Positions 26,937-37,027 of a stretch of DNA of 64,000 bases are shown piece by piece. The stretch covers positions 10,916 to 74,915 of the forward strand of contig JBFMEN010000003.1 in the NCBI GenBank assembly GCA_040753435.1, written 5' to 3'. The notes under the pieces are model-generated. The model searched no databases. It saw only the letters and a program-made list of their open reading frames with translations, and had not been told where the DNA came from. Numbering within the stretch: position 1 is the first letter of the stretch; every line of letters begins with the position of its first letter. The position numbers and the translations under genes were made by a program. The DNA is from Candidatus Omnitrophota bacterium. Lineage in GTDB: Bacteria; Omnitrophota; Gorgyraeia; Zapsychrales; JANLHA01.

Positions 26937-28841
26937 ATGTTTCGTGTCCTTTCGAATGCTCTATTCTTGCCAATGCTGTTGATAATGCTTTCTGGAACGG
27001 CGCTTCCTCTTCCGGAAGAGGAAAAATTGGTCTATGGCGAAGCCACATTTGACCGTTCGGGAAAGGTTTTTACGGTCAATCAGAACAGCAGCCAGCTGAT
27101 CGTTAATTACAATCGTTTCTGGATCGGCAAGTCGGAGACAGTGAGGTTCAATCAGCCCGGTATTTCCAGTGTTGTTTTAAACAGGGTGACTGGTTCAAGC
27201 CCTTCAAATATTTTCGGAACACTCTCCGCCAATGGTCAGGTCTTTCTTGTCAATCCGAACGGGATTGTGTTTGGAAGAAACGCCACGGTTGACGTCGGAG
27301 GACTTGTCGCCTCGACTTTGAAGATTTCCAACGATGATTTTAAAAACGGCAATTATGTTTTTACTGGCCGCAGCGGAACGATCGGGAATTTCGGAACGAT
27401 TCAATCCCGTGCGGGAGGATATGTGGCCCTTTTATCGCCGCAAATAAAAAACGGAGGTTCTGTGGTCGCGACCCTGGGAAGGGTAGTTCTGGCGTCAGGA
27501 GAGAGGATTACCCTTGGTCTCGATTCCGGGAATTTGATCGGTGTCGCCGTTAACGAAGAAGTCACTAAAAGCCTGGCTGCTGCAGATGCCGCCATTGAAA
27601 ATTTCGGCAGTGTTAAATCTGACGGTGGCAAGGTTATTCTGACCGCCAAGACACTTAACACGGTTTTTGATCATGCCATTAATAATGACGGGATCATTGA
27701 AGCAAACGGTTTTGGGGATCACGACGGGGAAATTCTGCTGCTGGCCGACAATGATATTACAGTTGGGGGACGCCTTGAAGCGGCGGGAGATATCCGGATC
27801 ATTTCCACCGAAGGGAACGTCGTGCATCAATTAAGTTTTATCGAAGGCGATTTAAACGGAGATGTGATCACCGGATCCGGTTTTTATGGGTCTGCTGGTA
27901 ACGATTATGTCCTGAAGAACGGAATCATGATCAGCAGTCCCTACGAGACTTTTGATATTTCGGCCGGGAACAATGTGATCATCGGCTCGGATGGAGAGGA
28001 TGCCATCAGTGTTCTTCAATGGGGATATGGGTCAGGAGACCGCGGGTTTAAATTACGGGAGGTCGGTTATTATACTACAGAGAGCGGCAGAATTTTTTAT
28101 CATCCCCTTATGATCAGCGATGATATCGGAAAAGACGGGGCCCTCATGGGGGGCGCTCGCTCGGTTTATGGCGAACCGGGATTTGAATTTTATGTCACGT
28201 TTCTTGATTATATGGCGAAGCCGCTAACCTTTTTTAGTGAAATGGCATTGAACAAGAAAGGGTTGGATCATGAGAACAGGATTGGAGATCAGTCTATTTG
28301 GGAGGATGGCGGCGACAACGATTTTAATGATGCCCAACTTGTTTTTGTGACAGAAACTTTCAAGGTGTCTGCTTCGCCGCAAATTCCCAAACCGCCAGCC
28401 CCGCCTGATCCTCCTGAACCGCCTGATCCTCCCGAACCGCCTGATCCTCCTGAACCGCCTGATCCTCCCGAACCGCCTGATCCTCCCGAACCGCCTGATC
28501 CTCCTGAACCGCCTGATCCCCCTGAACCGCCTGATCCTCCTGAACCGCCTGATCCTCCTGAGCCTCCGGATATTCCAGAAATTCCTGCCGCCGGTTCCGT
28601 TGACTCTTTGCTTCGAAAAGGGAAAGAATATTCGGATAACTTTTCTGTTTATTATGAAATTCTTTTTCCAAGTCAATTCCTGAGTTTTGAACCGGTTGCT
28701 GCAGTCGGACTTTACGCGTATCATCCATTGACTTTGGTGGATGAGAGCGCCTTTGACAATATTAGACTTGATATCGATGCCTATGAATTCGTTGAAGATC
28801 AAATTAGAAAGAAAAGGTTTTCTCCTTATTTTGGAGAATAA
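26937..28841 (+). CDS. Filamentous haemagglutinin-type (TPS domain) exported protein with a Pro-rich linker
   Basis: ETVRFNQP..SSVVLNRVTG, ANGQVFLVNPNGIVFG, VDVGGLVASTL; acidic WEDGGDNDFND loop; (PPDPPE)n. Confidence 0.85.
   Translation: MFRVLSNALFLPMLLIMLSGTALPLPEEEKLVYGEATFDRSGKVFTVNQNSSQLIVNYNRFWIGKSETVRFNQPGISSVVLNRVTGSSPSNIFGTLSANGQVFLVNPNGIVFGRNATVDVGGLVASTLKISNDDFKNGNYVFTGRSGTIGNFGTIQSRAGGYVALLSPQIKNGGSVVATLGRVVLASGERITLGLDSGNLIGVAVNEEVTKSLAAADAAIENFGSVKSDGGKVILTAKTLNTVFDHAINNDGIIEANGFGDHDGEILLLADNDITVGGRLEAAGDIRIISTEGNVVHQLSFIEGDLNGDVITGSGFYGSAGNDYVLKNGIMISSPYETFDISAGNNVIIGSDGEDAISVLQWGYGSGDRGFKLREVGYYTTESGRIFYHPLMISDDIGKDGALMGGARSVYGEPGFEFYVTFLDYMAKPLTFFSEMALNKKGLDHENRIGDQSIWEDGGDNDFNDAQLVFVTETFKVSASPQIPKPPAPPDPPEPPDPPEPPDPPEPPDPPEPPDPPEPPDPPEPPDPPEPPDPPEPPDPPEPPDIPEIPAAGSVDSLLRKGKEYSDNFSVYYEILFPSQFLSFEPVAAVGLYAYHPLTLVDESAFDNIRLDIDAYEFVEDQIRKKRFSPYFGE
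28401..28580 (+). repeat. 18-bp tandem repeat (PPDPPE x9 plus one degenerate copy)
   Basis: CCGCCTGATCCTCCTGAA units directly visible. Confidence 0.95.
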
Positions 28842-28855
28842 ACTTTGTTCGCAGC

Positions 28856-28883
28856 TTGACACGGGATTCAATCCGAGTAAGAT
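28856..28883 (+). promoter_or_regulatory. Putative sigma70 promoter
   Basis: TTGACA-16 nt-TAAGAT upstream of the DsbA-like gene. Confidence 0.55.
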
Positions 28884-28920
28884 GAACTAGTTTGGCGAAA
28901 TAAAGATAACTGGAAAGATC

Positions 28921-29541
28921 ATGAAAACACGAAAAGTTCTTTTAACCATTTTGATCATCCTTGCCTGTGTGGCGGCCTTTCAATGGGGATGGTTTTTTTA
29001 TCGGTCTTCCAAGGATGATCCGTTTAAAATTAGTTCGAAAAGGGTGAAAGGAACACCCGATGCGGCCGTTAAGATTATTGAATACACGGATTACCGCTGC
29101 AGTTTTTGCTCGGGCGCTTCTAATTGGCTTAACAAGATTATGAGGAAAAACCCCGGATCAATCTATTTAGAAGTTAGGTACTTTCCCTTGCATTTGAATG
29201 ATGGGGCCTTAACGGCTAGGTTCGCCGAGTGCGCGTTACGTCAAAATAAATTCTGGGCTATTCATGACGATTTGATGACTCAGCAATCGAAATGGATAAG
29301 GCTTCCCAATTCAGAATCCTTTTTTCTTGATTTGGCCGTTAAACATCGTTTGGATGTGGGACAGTTGAAAACATGCTGGTCAGATCCGGAGCTTTATGAT
29401 TCCATTATGGATCTTAAGGACCAAGGAAAGGATTTGGGGGTAACGGCAACGCCGACATTTTTTGTGAATGGGAAAATGGCGGTTGGAGTTAATGATTTGA
29501 AGACGGAACTTAACCGTTTATTGGGAACGGAACTTGAATAA
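28921..29541 (+). CDS. DsbA-family thiol-disulfide oxidoreductase
   Basis: N-terminal anchor, IIEYTDYRCSFC, YFPL, GVTATPTFFVNG. Confidence 0.85.
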   Translation: MKTRKVLLTILIILACVAAFQWGWFFYRSSKDDPFKISSKRVKGTPDAAVKIIEYTDYRCSFCSGASNWLNKIMRKNPGSIYLEVRYFPLHLNDGALTARFAECALRQNKFWAIHDDLMTQQSKWIRLPNSESFFLDLAVKHRLDVGQLKTCWSDPELYDSIMDLKDQGKDLGVTATPTFFVNGKMAVGVNDLKTELNRLLGTELE

Positions 29542-29670
29542 AATCCTTTTTCATTTCAGTCATTGCGGCTGAATTTATTCTCAGAAAATTTCCCGCTAGG
29601 TGTTTCGGCGCCTCCGTTTATTTTTCAGTTCAATTTCCCCTTGTCTGGAGTCCCCATGATGATTTTCCCC

Positions 29671-29699
29671 TTGCCACATTCGGAGTGGATATATATAAT
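29671..29699 (+). promoter_or_regulatory. Putative sigma70 promoter of the trxA operon
   Basis: TTGCCA-17 nt-TATAAT. Confidence 0.6.
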
Positions 29700-29786
29700 A
29701 CGTTGATTTATTATATATATTAAGTTTTGAAATAGTACTCTTTGAAAAGTAACAACTTAGATTTTTAATTTAAAGAGGAGGAATTT

Positions 29787-30107
29787 ATGCCTGCTGATCA
29801 TTTAAAACCCAGTAATTTTCAAAGCCAGGTGTTAAGGTCAGATATCCCTGTGTTAGTTGACTTTTACGCTGACTGGTGCGGACCATGCAAAATGCTTTCC
29901 CCCATTGTTGACCAGCTTTCCGATGAACTTGAGGGCAAGGCCAAGGTTTTTAAGCTGAATGTCGATGAAGGCCAGGAGATTGCAGCCCAGTATAATATTA
30001 TGTCGATTCCCAACCTTTTGCTTTTTAAGAATGGAGAAGTCGCAGTTCAGATGGTGGGGGCGATGCCAAAGGATCAATTACTGGCAAAAATGAAACCCCA
30101 CATATAA
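29787..30107 (+). CDS. trxA: Thioredoxin
   Basis: VDFYADWCGPCK, cis-Pro SIP. Confidence 0.95.
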   Translation: MPADHLKPSNFQSQVLRSDIPVLVDFYADWCGPCKMLSPIVDQLSDELEGKAKVFKLNVDEGQEIAAQYNIMSIPNLLLFKNGEVAVQMVGAMPKDQLLAKMKPHI

Positions 30108-30144
30108 TTATTAATTTTTTAGAGGGTCCCGGAGGAATATTCAG

Positions 30145-30513
30145 ATGCTGATCCAATTCTGCAAGTCTAAAATCGCTTATGCTACTATTACCAAGGCAGA
30201 ACTGTATTATGAGGGCAGCCTTACTATTGATGCAGAGTTTCTTGATAAAACAGGAATTATGCCTGGAGAAAAAGTCGAGGTATTGAATGTGAACAATGGC
30301 TCCCGTATTGAGACTTATGCTATTGCGGGGGAACCGGGATCAGGTGTTATTTGTTTGAACGGGCCGGCTGCTCACAGCGGGAGAGTCGGAGACCAGGTCA
30401 TCATTTTGAGTTATGCCTTTATGACGCCTGAAGAAGCAGGCAAGTTTAAGACTAAAATAATACATTTGGATAAAAATAATAAGGTTAAAATGCTTCTTGG
30501 TTCTCAAAACTGA
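30145..30513 (+). CDS. panD: Aspartate 1-decarboxylase
   Basis: YEG|SLTID autocleavage site, NNGSRIETY, CLNGPAA. Confidence 0.9.
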   Translation: MLIQFCKSKIAYATITKAELYYEGSLTIDAEFLDKTGIMPGEKVEVLNVNNGSRIETYAIAGEPGSGVICLNGPAAHSGRVGDQVIILSYAFMTPEEAGKFKTKIIHLDKNNKVKMLLGSQN

Positions 30514-30527
30514 GGACTAAAGGGTTC

Positions 30528-31025
30528 ATGATGAGAAAAGCAATTTTGGCTATCCGGACTTTGGGAGATTCTTGCCTTCGACAACCAGCAATGAAGCTGG
30601 ACCATGTCGGTCCGTCTGAACGTATTTTAATCCAGGCAATGATTAAAACTTTATATGATGCGGATGGGGTAGGGCTGGCGGCGCCACAGATAGGAATCAA
30701 TAAACAGATTGCCGTAATCGATGTCGGTAACGGTCCGATTGTGCTGGTTAATCCGCAAATTATAAAAACCCGGGGGGAAGAGGAATTTGAAGAAGGGTGT
30801 TTAAGCATACCTGGTGTATCTGCAAGGATAAAGAGGGCGAAAAACGTTTTAGTAAGATTTATCGATGAACAGAACAGGCAACAGGAAATGGAATGCGCTG
30901 GCTTGTTGGCCCGCGCTGTTCAGCACGAGTGTGATCATTTGCAAGGGAAGCTGATTATTGATTACATGAGTGACGACGAAAGACAAAAAGTCGTAAAGCT
31001 TTTCCCAGATGCAAAATTAAATTAA
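30528..31025 (+). CDS. def: Peptide deformylase
   Basis: GVGLAAPQIG, EGCLS, QHECDHL. Confidence 0.95.
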   Translation: MMRKAILAIRTLGDSCLRQPAMKLDHVGPSERILIQAMIKTLYDADGVGLAAPQIGINKQIAVIDVGNGPIVLVNPQIIKTRGEEEFEEGCLSIPGVSARIKRAKNVLVRFIDEQNRQQEMECAGLLARAVQHECDHLQGKLIIDYMSDDERQKVVKLFPDAKLN

Positions 31026-31029
31026 TCTC

Positions 31030-31941
31030 ATGGTTAATGCGCTTCCCGAAAAATTAGCCTCGCAATACGCTCTGCCAGCATGGTTCAGGCAGGAAATCCC
31101 CGATATTCCCAAGATTAAAAAGATGCAGATGCTGTTGCGGGACAGGAGACTTTCGACAGTTTGCGAAGAAGCCCGTTGTCCGAACATGGGGCAGTGCTGG
31201 GGACGCGGGGTGGCAACGTTCATGATTCTGGGCGAGGTTTGTACCCGTTCCTGTTCTTTTTGTAATGTGACCACTGGAAAACCCGCCATTCCCGATCCTT
31301 CAGAACCTGAACATGTTGCCGAAATGGTTAAAAATCTGGGATTAAAATATGCGGTGATTACTTCCGTTACGCGGGATGATCTTGAAGATGAGGGCGCTGA
31401 ACAATTTGCGCGGACGGTCCGCAGGATCAAACAAGCTAATCCGGGTGTTGCGGTTGAGCTTTTGATACCTGATTTTTCAGGACGGGAGTCCCTGATTGAA
31501 CGTGTTATTGCGGCTGCTCCTGAAGTCATTGGCCATAATATTGAAATGGCCGAACATTTGTTTCCTTTCATCAGGCCTCAAGCGGATTATCATCGTTCAT
31601 TAAAAGTTCTTAAAATGATTAAAAAGAAAGCGCCCGGGATTATGGTGAAATCGGGTTTCATGGTGGGGCTGGGGGAAACCGATGCCGATGTTGAAAAGAT
31701 GATGGAAGATATTCGTCAGGCCGGATGTGATATTTTGACCATAGGGCAATATTTGTCGCCGTCCCGTGGATTACGCCATGTCCCGGTTCAACGTTTTGTG
31801 CATCCGGAAGTTTTTGATCAATACCGGCAGCATTCCCTTCGAATGGGATTCAGTCATGTCCTGAGCGGGCCACTGGTCCGGAGTTCTTATATTGCGGAAT
31901 CAGGTTATGAGGCGTGCCGTGAACTATTGGAGAGGCCATGA
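31030..31941 (+). CDS. lipA: Lipoyl synthase
   Basis: CEEARCPNMGQC, CTRSCSFC, RSSY. Confidence 0.95.
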   Translation: MVNALPEKLASQYALPAWFRQEIPDIPKIKKMQMLLRDRRLSTVCEEARCPNMGQCWGRGVATFMILGEVCTRSCSFCNVTTGKPAIPDPSEPEHVAEMVKNLGLKYAVITSVTRDDLEDEGAEQFARTVRRIKQANPGVAVELLIPDFSGRESLIERVIAAAPEVIGHNIEMAEHLFPFIRPQADYHRSLKVLKMIKKKAPGIMVKSGFMVGLGETDADVEKMMEDIRQAGCDILTIGQYLSPSRGLRHVPVQRFVHPEVFDQYRQHSLRMGFSHVLSGPLVRSSYIAESGYEACRELLERP

Positions 31942-32915
31942 CTGCAAAAATTAAGGCGTTTATTTCCTTTTTTCTCCGTTTTGGTTTAAGCGCGGGTTTA
32001 TTGGGGTTATTATTTTTACAGATGAAAGATAAAGAGCGTCTTGCAGAACTTTTTCTTGCCGCCGATTTTCAATATCTTGTGTATGCTTTTCTTTTATTCG
32101 CATTGATTCATTATCTTTTGTTGATCCGCTGGCGGATTTTTATCAATGCGCTGGATTTAAATATCCCCTGGATGAACATGTCCCGTTATTTTTTCCTGGG
32201 ATTATTCGGGAATCTTTTTTTACCAAGCGCCATCGGGGGAGATATTATCAAGGCTGTCGGATTGTGTGTTAATGCGGAGAAAAAACCACGCATCGTGGCG
32301 TCTGTTTTACTGGATCGTCTGAGCGGATTTGCTTCCATGGTCATTGTTGCATCGTTCGGGCTACTCGTAGGGTTCGACTATCTGGATAATCCTGCTATCT
32401 GGCTGATGGTTTTCTTCATGGCGTTGGGCCTGATTTTCCTGGCCGCCGTGTTGCTGAACCAAAACCTTTACAATATTTTTTGTCAGATTTTTTGCTTTTT
32501 TCCTAAAATCAGGACCGCGGTGATGCAAATGCATTATGACGTTGTGCTGTTGAAAGACAGAAAGGACGCGATTGTCAAGGCGATTGCGTTGGCGTGTGCC
32601 GGCCAGGTTCTGCTGGCATTGGTATTTTTTCTGCTTGCGTTAGGAATGCATCAATCCGTTTCGATTTTCTTTTTCATTATTTTTACGCCGATCACTTGTG
32701 TTGCGGCATCTCTTCCATCCATCGGAGGTCTTGGTTTCCGGGAAGGGATGCTGGAATATTTGTTGGCAGGAGTTGGACTCGTTTCGGGTGTGGGAGTCGG
32801 CATCGGTCTGCTTGATTTTCTTTTTATGGTGATTGTGGGGATATTTGGATGGTTTTTCTTTTTATTAACAAAAGACAGAGAAAGCGTCGAATCCGCGTCC
32901 GCCCCGGCGAGTTAA
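31938..32915 (+). CDS. Lysylphosphatidylglycerol synthase TM-region (flippase-like) protein
   Basis: RW, NLFLPSAIGGD, SVLLDRL.G, LPSIGGLGFRE. Confidence 0.85.
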   Translation: MTAKIKAFISFFLRFGLSAGLLGLLFLQMKDKERLAELFLAADFQYLVYAFLLFALIHYLLLIRWRIFINALDLNIPWMNMSRYFFLGLFGNLFLPSAIGGDIIKAVGLCVNAEKKPRIVASVLLDRLSGFASMVIVASFGLLVGFDYLDNPAIWLMVFFMALGLIFLAAVLLNQNLYNIFCQIFCFFPKIRTAVMQMHYDVVLLKDRKDAIVKAIALACAGQVLLALVFFLLALGMHQSVSIFFFIIFTPITCVAASLPSIGGLGFREGMLEYLLAGVGLVSGVGVGIGLLDFLFMVIVGIFGWFFFLLTKDRESVESASAPAS

Positions 32916-32930
32916 TGGGGCAAGTCTTTC

Positions 32931-33422
32931 ATGGCTTTACATTATATTCTGGATGGCTACAATATTATTAAGTCGACTGACGGTCTGGCGGATTGCAAGC
33001 TGGAAGAAGGGCGCAAAAATCTGGTTGATATGATCCGGCGGGAGAGGCTTTGTGGAAGTTCCCGTAACAAGGTAACCGTCATATTTGATGGACGTAACGA
33101 TGTTTGGGGTTCTTTGAGGCAGGATGCGGTCAAAACCGTGTTTACGAATGGCGGAAGCGCAGACGACCTGATCAGGAGAATCGTTGAGGATGAACCCAAT
33201 GCCAAAAACCTTGTCATTGTTACTGATGATAAGGAACTGGCAAGTTATATTGGAAAATTAAACGCAAGAGTGATGGGCGTTAACGATTTTTTGTATCCTT
33301 CATTAAGAAGAAATGAGTCCGCAAGGAAAAAAGGACAGGAATCATCAAAAATGATTTCTTATCAAAGCCAGAAAAAAATTACAGAAGAGCTTGAGAAAAT
33401 CTGGCTTAAACGCGAGCCTTAA
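32931..33422 (+). CDS. YacP-like NYN domain RNase
   Basis: YILDGYNII, VIFDG, SADDLI, VIVTDDKEL. Confidence 0.85.
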   Translation: MALHYILDGYNIIKSTDGLADCKLEEGRKNLVDMIRRERLCGSSRNKVTVIFDGRNDVWGSLRQDAVKTVFTNGGSADDLIRRIVEDEPNAKNLVIVTDDKELASYIGKLNARVMGVNDFLYPSLRRNESARKKGQESSKMISYQSQKKITEELEKIWLKREP

Positions 33423-33429
33423 CGTCACT

Positions 33430-34194
33430 ATGATCATTCGTACTGTCATTAACTTTTTCTCGGGATTGGGCAATGCTCTTATTTTTTTTAAAGACGTGCT
33501 GGGCTGTATTTTAAGGGGCAGGATCCGATGGGGAGAAATTTTAAAACAGGTTTATGAGCAGGGCATTGAATCAACCATGATTATTGCGATGACGTCCGTT
33601 GCGACAGGAGCGGTTCTGGCCTTACAGGGACATGTCATGCTTTCACGGTTCGGGGCAAAGGAGTTTGTGGCGCATTTGGTAGCCTTGTCGCTTGTCAGGG
33701 AACTGTCTCCGGTTTTTGCCTCGTTTATTTTCTCGGGAAAAGCAGGCGCGCGCATTGCCGCGGAGCTGGGAACGATGAATGTGAATGATCAGATCGTGGC
33801 CACCAGGACTTTAGGTGTCGATCCTATCGAATATCTTGTTGTCCCGCGGATGCTGGCCTGCATACTTGTCCTTCCGGGACTGGTGGTGCTTTCAGAGGTC
33901 TTCGGGATCATCGGCGGTTATGTGATTTCGGTTTTCGATGCCGGTATTCCCGGAGTTGGCTATATTCAACAGACGATGAAAGCCATTAACTTTGTCGATT
34001 TTTTCAGCGGGTTTATTAAAACCATATTCTTCGCAGTTTTTATTTCATGGATTTGTTGTTATCAGGGGTTTGTGACGAGAGGGGGTTCTCTCGGAGTCGG
34101 TCAATTCACAACAAAAGCAGTGGCTTTGTCGTATATCGTCGTCATTATATCAAATACCGTTTTAACCAAGGTTATTCTTAATTTTTGGGGATAG
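33430..34194 (+). CDS. mlaE: MlaE-family ABC permease
   Basis: RELSPV, AAELGTM, GVDPIEYLVVPR. Confidence 0.9.
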   Translation: MIIRTVINFFSGLGNALIFFKDVLGCILRGRIRWGEILKQVYEQGIESTMIIAMTSVATGAVLALQGHVMLSRFGAKEFVAHLVALSLVRELSPVFASFIFSGKAGARIAAELGTMNVNDQIVATRTLGVDPIEYLVVPRMLACILVLPGLVVLSEVFGIIGGYVISVFDAGIPGVGYIQQTMKAINFVDFFSGFIKTIFFAVFISWICCYQGFVTRGGSLGVGQFTTKAVALSYIVVIISNTVLTKVILNFWG

Positions 34195-34209
34195 GATAAA
34201 GGGGGGGCC

Positions 34210-34548
34210 ATGAAGAAGTTTCTCTTATTAGCCGTTTGTTTGGTGTTGTCCGGATGTTCCTCGGTTGAAAGAAATCAGGGGACGATGGCCAAGTATTCCG
34301 TCCCCGATGAGGAGGCCCGGTGGATACAGAATGGGAATCCCATAGACTTTGAAGACAGGTTGTGGTATCCGCAGGACCGATTCGATGTTCTTCTTGACTC
34401 TGAAGTTTATTACAAAGGGGAGTATCGGGGAGTTCCTTTTTTCGTTGAAAAGGTTGATATAAAGCCATATAACAAAATTTTTACAAAATTCGGTCGCAAC
34501 AAGTTTCGCGTTTACCGACCCGTTAATAAAAATGATCAAAGTCTCTGA
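34210..34548 (+). CDS. Lipoprotein of unknown function inside the mla operon
   Basis: Lipobox LSGC; overlaps the mlaF start. Confidence 0.75.
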   Translation: MKKFLLLAVCLVLSGCSSVERNQGTMAKYSVPDEEARWIQNGNPIDFEDRLWYPQDRFDVLLDSEVYYKGEYRGVPFFVEKVDIKPYNKIFTKFGRNKFRVYRPVNKNDQSL

Positions 34549-35260
34549 TTTATACAAAAGTTATGAAGGGCAGACGGTCCTTGAGGGAATCAACCTTGAG
34601 ATCGCCGAAGGAGAGTTTTGCGCGATTCTGGGCGGCAGCGGGTCGGGGAAAAGTGTTTTGCTGCGTCATCTGATCGGCCTTGAGAAGCCCGATCACGGAC
34701 ATGTGTTTATTAACGGCACGGATATCACCCTTTTGTCTGAAGGGGATTTGCTGACCGTGCGTAAAAACATCGGATATTTGTTTCAGGCCGGGGCGCTTTA
34801 TGATTCGTTTACCGTCCGCGAGAATGTAGCCTTTCCGCTTTCTGAACATACGAAGATGAGCTGGGAAGAAATCTGGAGAAAGGTTGATGAACTGCTTGAA
34901 CAAGTTGGGCTTGAGGCGGCGAAAGATAAACTTCCTTCGGAATTAAGCGGGGGGATGAACAAGAGGGCGGCATTGGCGCGGGCGGTTGTGATGGATTCAA
35001 AGATATTGTTATGTGATGAACCGACATCGGGTCTGGATCCGATCCTGAGTAGGGAAATTTCCGACCTGATTAAGAATGTTTCACGTCAGCTTAAGAGTAC
35101 AACGGTTGTCACTTCCCACGATGTCAATAACGCGCTCCGGATAGCGGATCGGATTGTTCTGATTAAAGACAAGCGGATCCTTATGCAAGGAACACCTGCG
35201 GAGTTTCGTCATACGAAGGATTTCTTTATCAGAGATTTTTTGGATGTTTGCAGAGTATAG
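34532..35260 (+). CDS. mlaF: MlaF-family ABC ATPase
   Basis: GGSGSGKS, ELSGGM.KR, CDEPTSGLDP. Confidence 0.9.
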   Translation: MIKVSDLYKSYEGQTVLEGINLEIAEGEFCAILGGSGSGKSVLLRHLIGLEKPDHGHVFINGTDITLLSEGDLLTVRKNIGYLFQAGALYDSFTVRENVAFPLSEHTKMSWEEIWRKVDELLEQVGLEAAKDKLPSELSGGMNKRAALARAVVMDSKILLCDEPTSGLDPILSREISDLIKNVSRQLKSTTVVTSHDVNNALRIADRIVLIKDKRILMQGTPAEFRHTKDFFIRDFLDVCRV

Positions 35261-35296
35261 GTTTGTTGATAGCCAAACAAGTACCTGGAGGAGGCA

Positions 35297-35890
35297 ATGC
35301 AGCATAAAGATCAGTTTCAAAAAGTTACGGCTGGCGCTTTCCTGTTTTTTTGTATTGTATTGATTGTCATCGTTATTTTTACGATTGGTCTTGGTAAGGG
35401 GTTTACTGAGCCGAAAATAAAAATGACGGTCATTTTCGGAAAAGTGGGCGGTCTTTCCATCGGCGCGCCTGTCCGTCTGTCAGGTGTGACCGTCGGAACA
35501 GTGGCTGAAATCGATTTTTTGGAAACAGAAGTTGACGGCCGCGGGGTCAGGGTTGTCCTGAATGTGTATAAAAAATATATCGGTCAGCTTAGGAAGATCA
35601 GTCAGGTCGCCATTGTGACAGAAGGGGTTTTAGGTGAAAAAATGGTCGAAATTTCCGCGGAACCGTCCATGCATATCGAAGATCTGGATTTGCCGTTGAT
35701 TGGGGAAGATCCGATTGAAGTCAGGGACCTGGCCGAGACATTTGACAGCACTGCCGCCGCCTTGCTGCAAACATCGGAGCGAATTGCGGTCATTCTTGAA
35801 GAGGTGGAAGATTTATCTGGCATCGCCCGCCGGTTGCTTAACCGTATCGAACAAAGGGTTATCGATGGTAATCTGTTTAAGGTCTTTTAA
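35297..35890 (+). CDS. mlaD: MlaD/MCE-domain protein
   Basis: GLSIGAPVRLSGVTVGTV, TEGVLGEK. Confidence 0.9.
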   Translation: MQHKDQFQKVTAGAFLFFCIVLIVIVIFTIGLGKGFTEPKIKMTVIFGKVGGLSIGAPVRLSGVTVGTVAEIDFLETEVDGRGVRVVLNVYKKYIGQLRKISQVAIVTEGVLGEKMVEISAEPSMHIEDLDLPLIGEDPIEVRDLAETFDSTAAALLQTSERIAVILEEVEDLSGIARRLLNRIEQRVIDGNLFKVF

Positions 35891-35911
35891 TTTGAAAGGA
35901 ATGGAAACGGT

Positions 35912-36982
35912 ATGACAGGTACTGAAATTTTCGGGTTTTCAATGCAGCCCTGGCTCGTTATTCCCATAACCTATTTCTTGTGGGTCAGCGTGTTGCTCAT
36001 GATGAAGCGGGTTATCTTCAAGATCATTCATGGTTTTTCGGTGAAGACGTTGACCAGAATCGATGACATCATCGTCGGGTCTATGGATTTTCCGCTGACA
36101 CTCCTGATCTTTGTTAGCGGCGGCCTTGTGATCGAACGAATGATCCCTTTTGTCAATGGGGACCTTATGAATTATTTCATTATCGCGTTTAAGGTGACGG
36201 CTATCCTTGCCGTTGTCTTGTTTGCCGACCGCCTTTCTAATTCATTATTGAAAGTGTATTCGGATAAGGTTGATTTCCTCAGGGCTTCCGGAGGGATTAC
36301 ACGGGGAATTGTTCGCGCAATCGTTCTTGGTCTCGGATTGCTGATTCTTTTGGACAGTTTCGGAGTTTCGATCACGCCCGTTTTGGCTTCCCTGGGTGTT
36401 GGTTCGCTGGCGATCGCCCTTGCGTTACAGCCAACTTTGGAGAATTTTTTTGCCGGCGTACAGATCGTGATCGATAAACCGATCCAGGTCGGTCAATTCG
36501 TGAAACTCGAATCGGGGGAAGAAGGATATGTTTACAAGATCGGATGGCGTTCCACCTGGATCCGAATGCTTCCTAATAATATGGTGATTATGCCCAATAA
36601 GAATCTGGTGAATTCAAAAATCACCAACTTTTATTACCCTGAAAAAGAGCTTGCCGTTCTTGTGGAAGTCGGCGTTCATTATCAATCCGATCTGGAAAAA
36701 GTCGAAAGGGTCACGGTTGAGGTGGCCAGGCAGACGCTCAGGGAAGTTCCTGGAGGAGTTTCCGGCTTCGATCCGTTTATCCGTTACCATACTTTTGATG
36801 CCTCAAGTATTAATTTTTCCGTTATTCTTCGTGCCAAGGAATTTGTCGACGGCTTTTTGTTGAAGCATGAGTTTATTAAACGGCTGCAGAAACGTTATGC
36901 GCAGGAGGGGATTACCATTCCGTTCCCCATCGTTGCCGTCAATTACTCTCAGGAAAATGCGGAGAACAAAACGGAGATTTAG
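35912..36982 (+). CDS. mscS: Small-conductance mechanosensitive channel
   Basis: LGVGSLAIALALQPTLENFFAG, IGWRSTWI, EGITIPFP. Confidence 0.9.
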   Translation: MTGTEIFGFSMQPWLVIPITYFLWVSVLLMMKRVIFKIIHGFSVKTLTRIDDIIVGSMDFPLTLLIFVSGGLVIERMIPFVNGDLMNYFIIAFKVTAILAVVLFADRLSNSLLKVYSDKVDFLRASGGITRGIVRAIVLGLGLLILLDSFGVSITPVLASLGVGSLAIALALQPTLENFFAGVQIVIDKPIQVGQFVKLESGEEGYVYKIGWRSTWIRMLPNNMVIMPNKNLVNSKITNFYYPEKELAVLVEVGVHYQSDLEKVERVTVEVARQTLREVPGGVSGFDPFIRYHTFDASSINFSVILRAKEFVDGFLLKHEFIKRLQKRYAQEGITIPFPIVAVNYSQENAENKTEI

Positions 36983-37027
36983 GTCAGTGTTAATAGGATG
37001 ATTAAGGTTATGGGGAGGGAATGAGAT

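Noticed and set aside
28224-28871. Arg-rich (RRFRRI)n and (QEDQAV)n minus-strand ORFs
   Set aside because: Antisense readings of the PPDPPE repeat.
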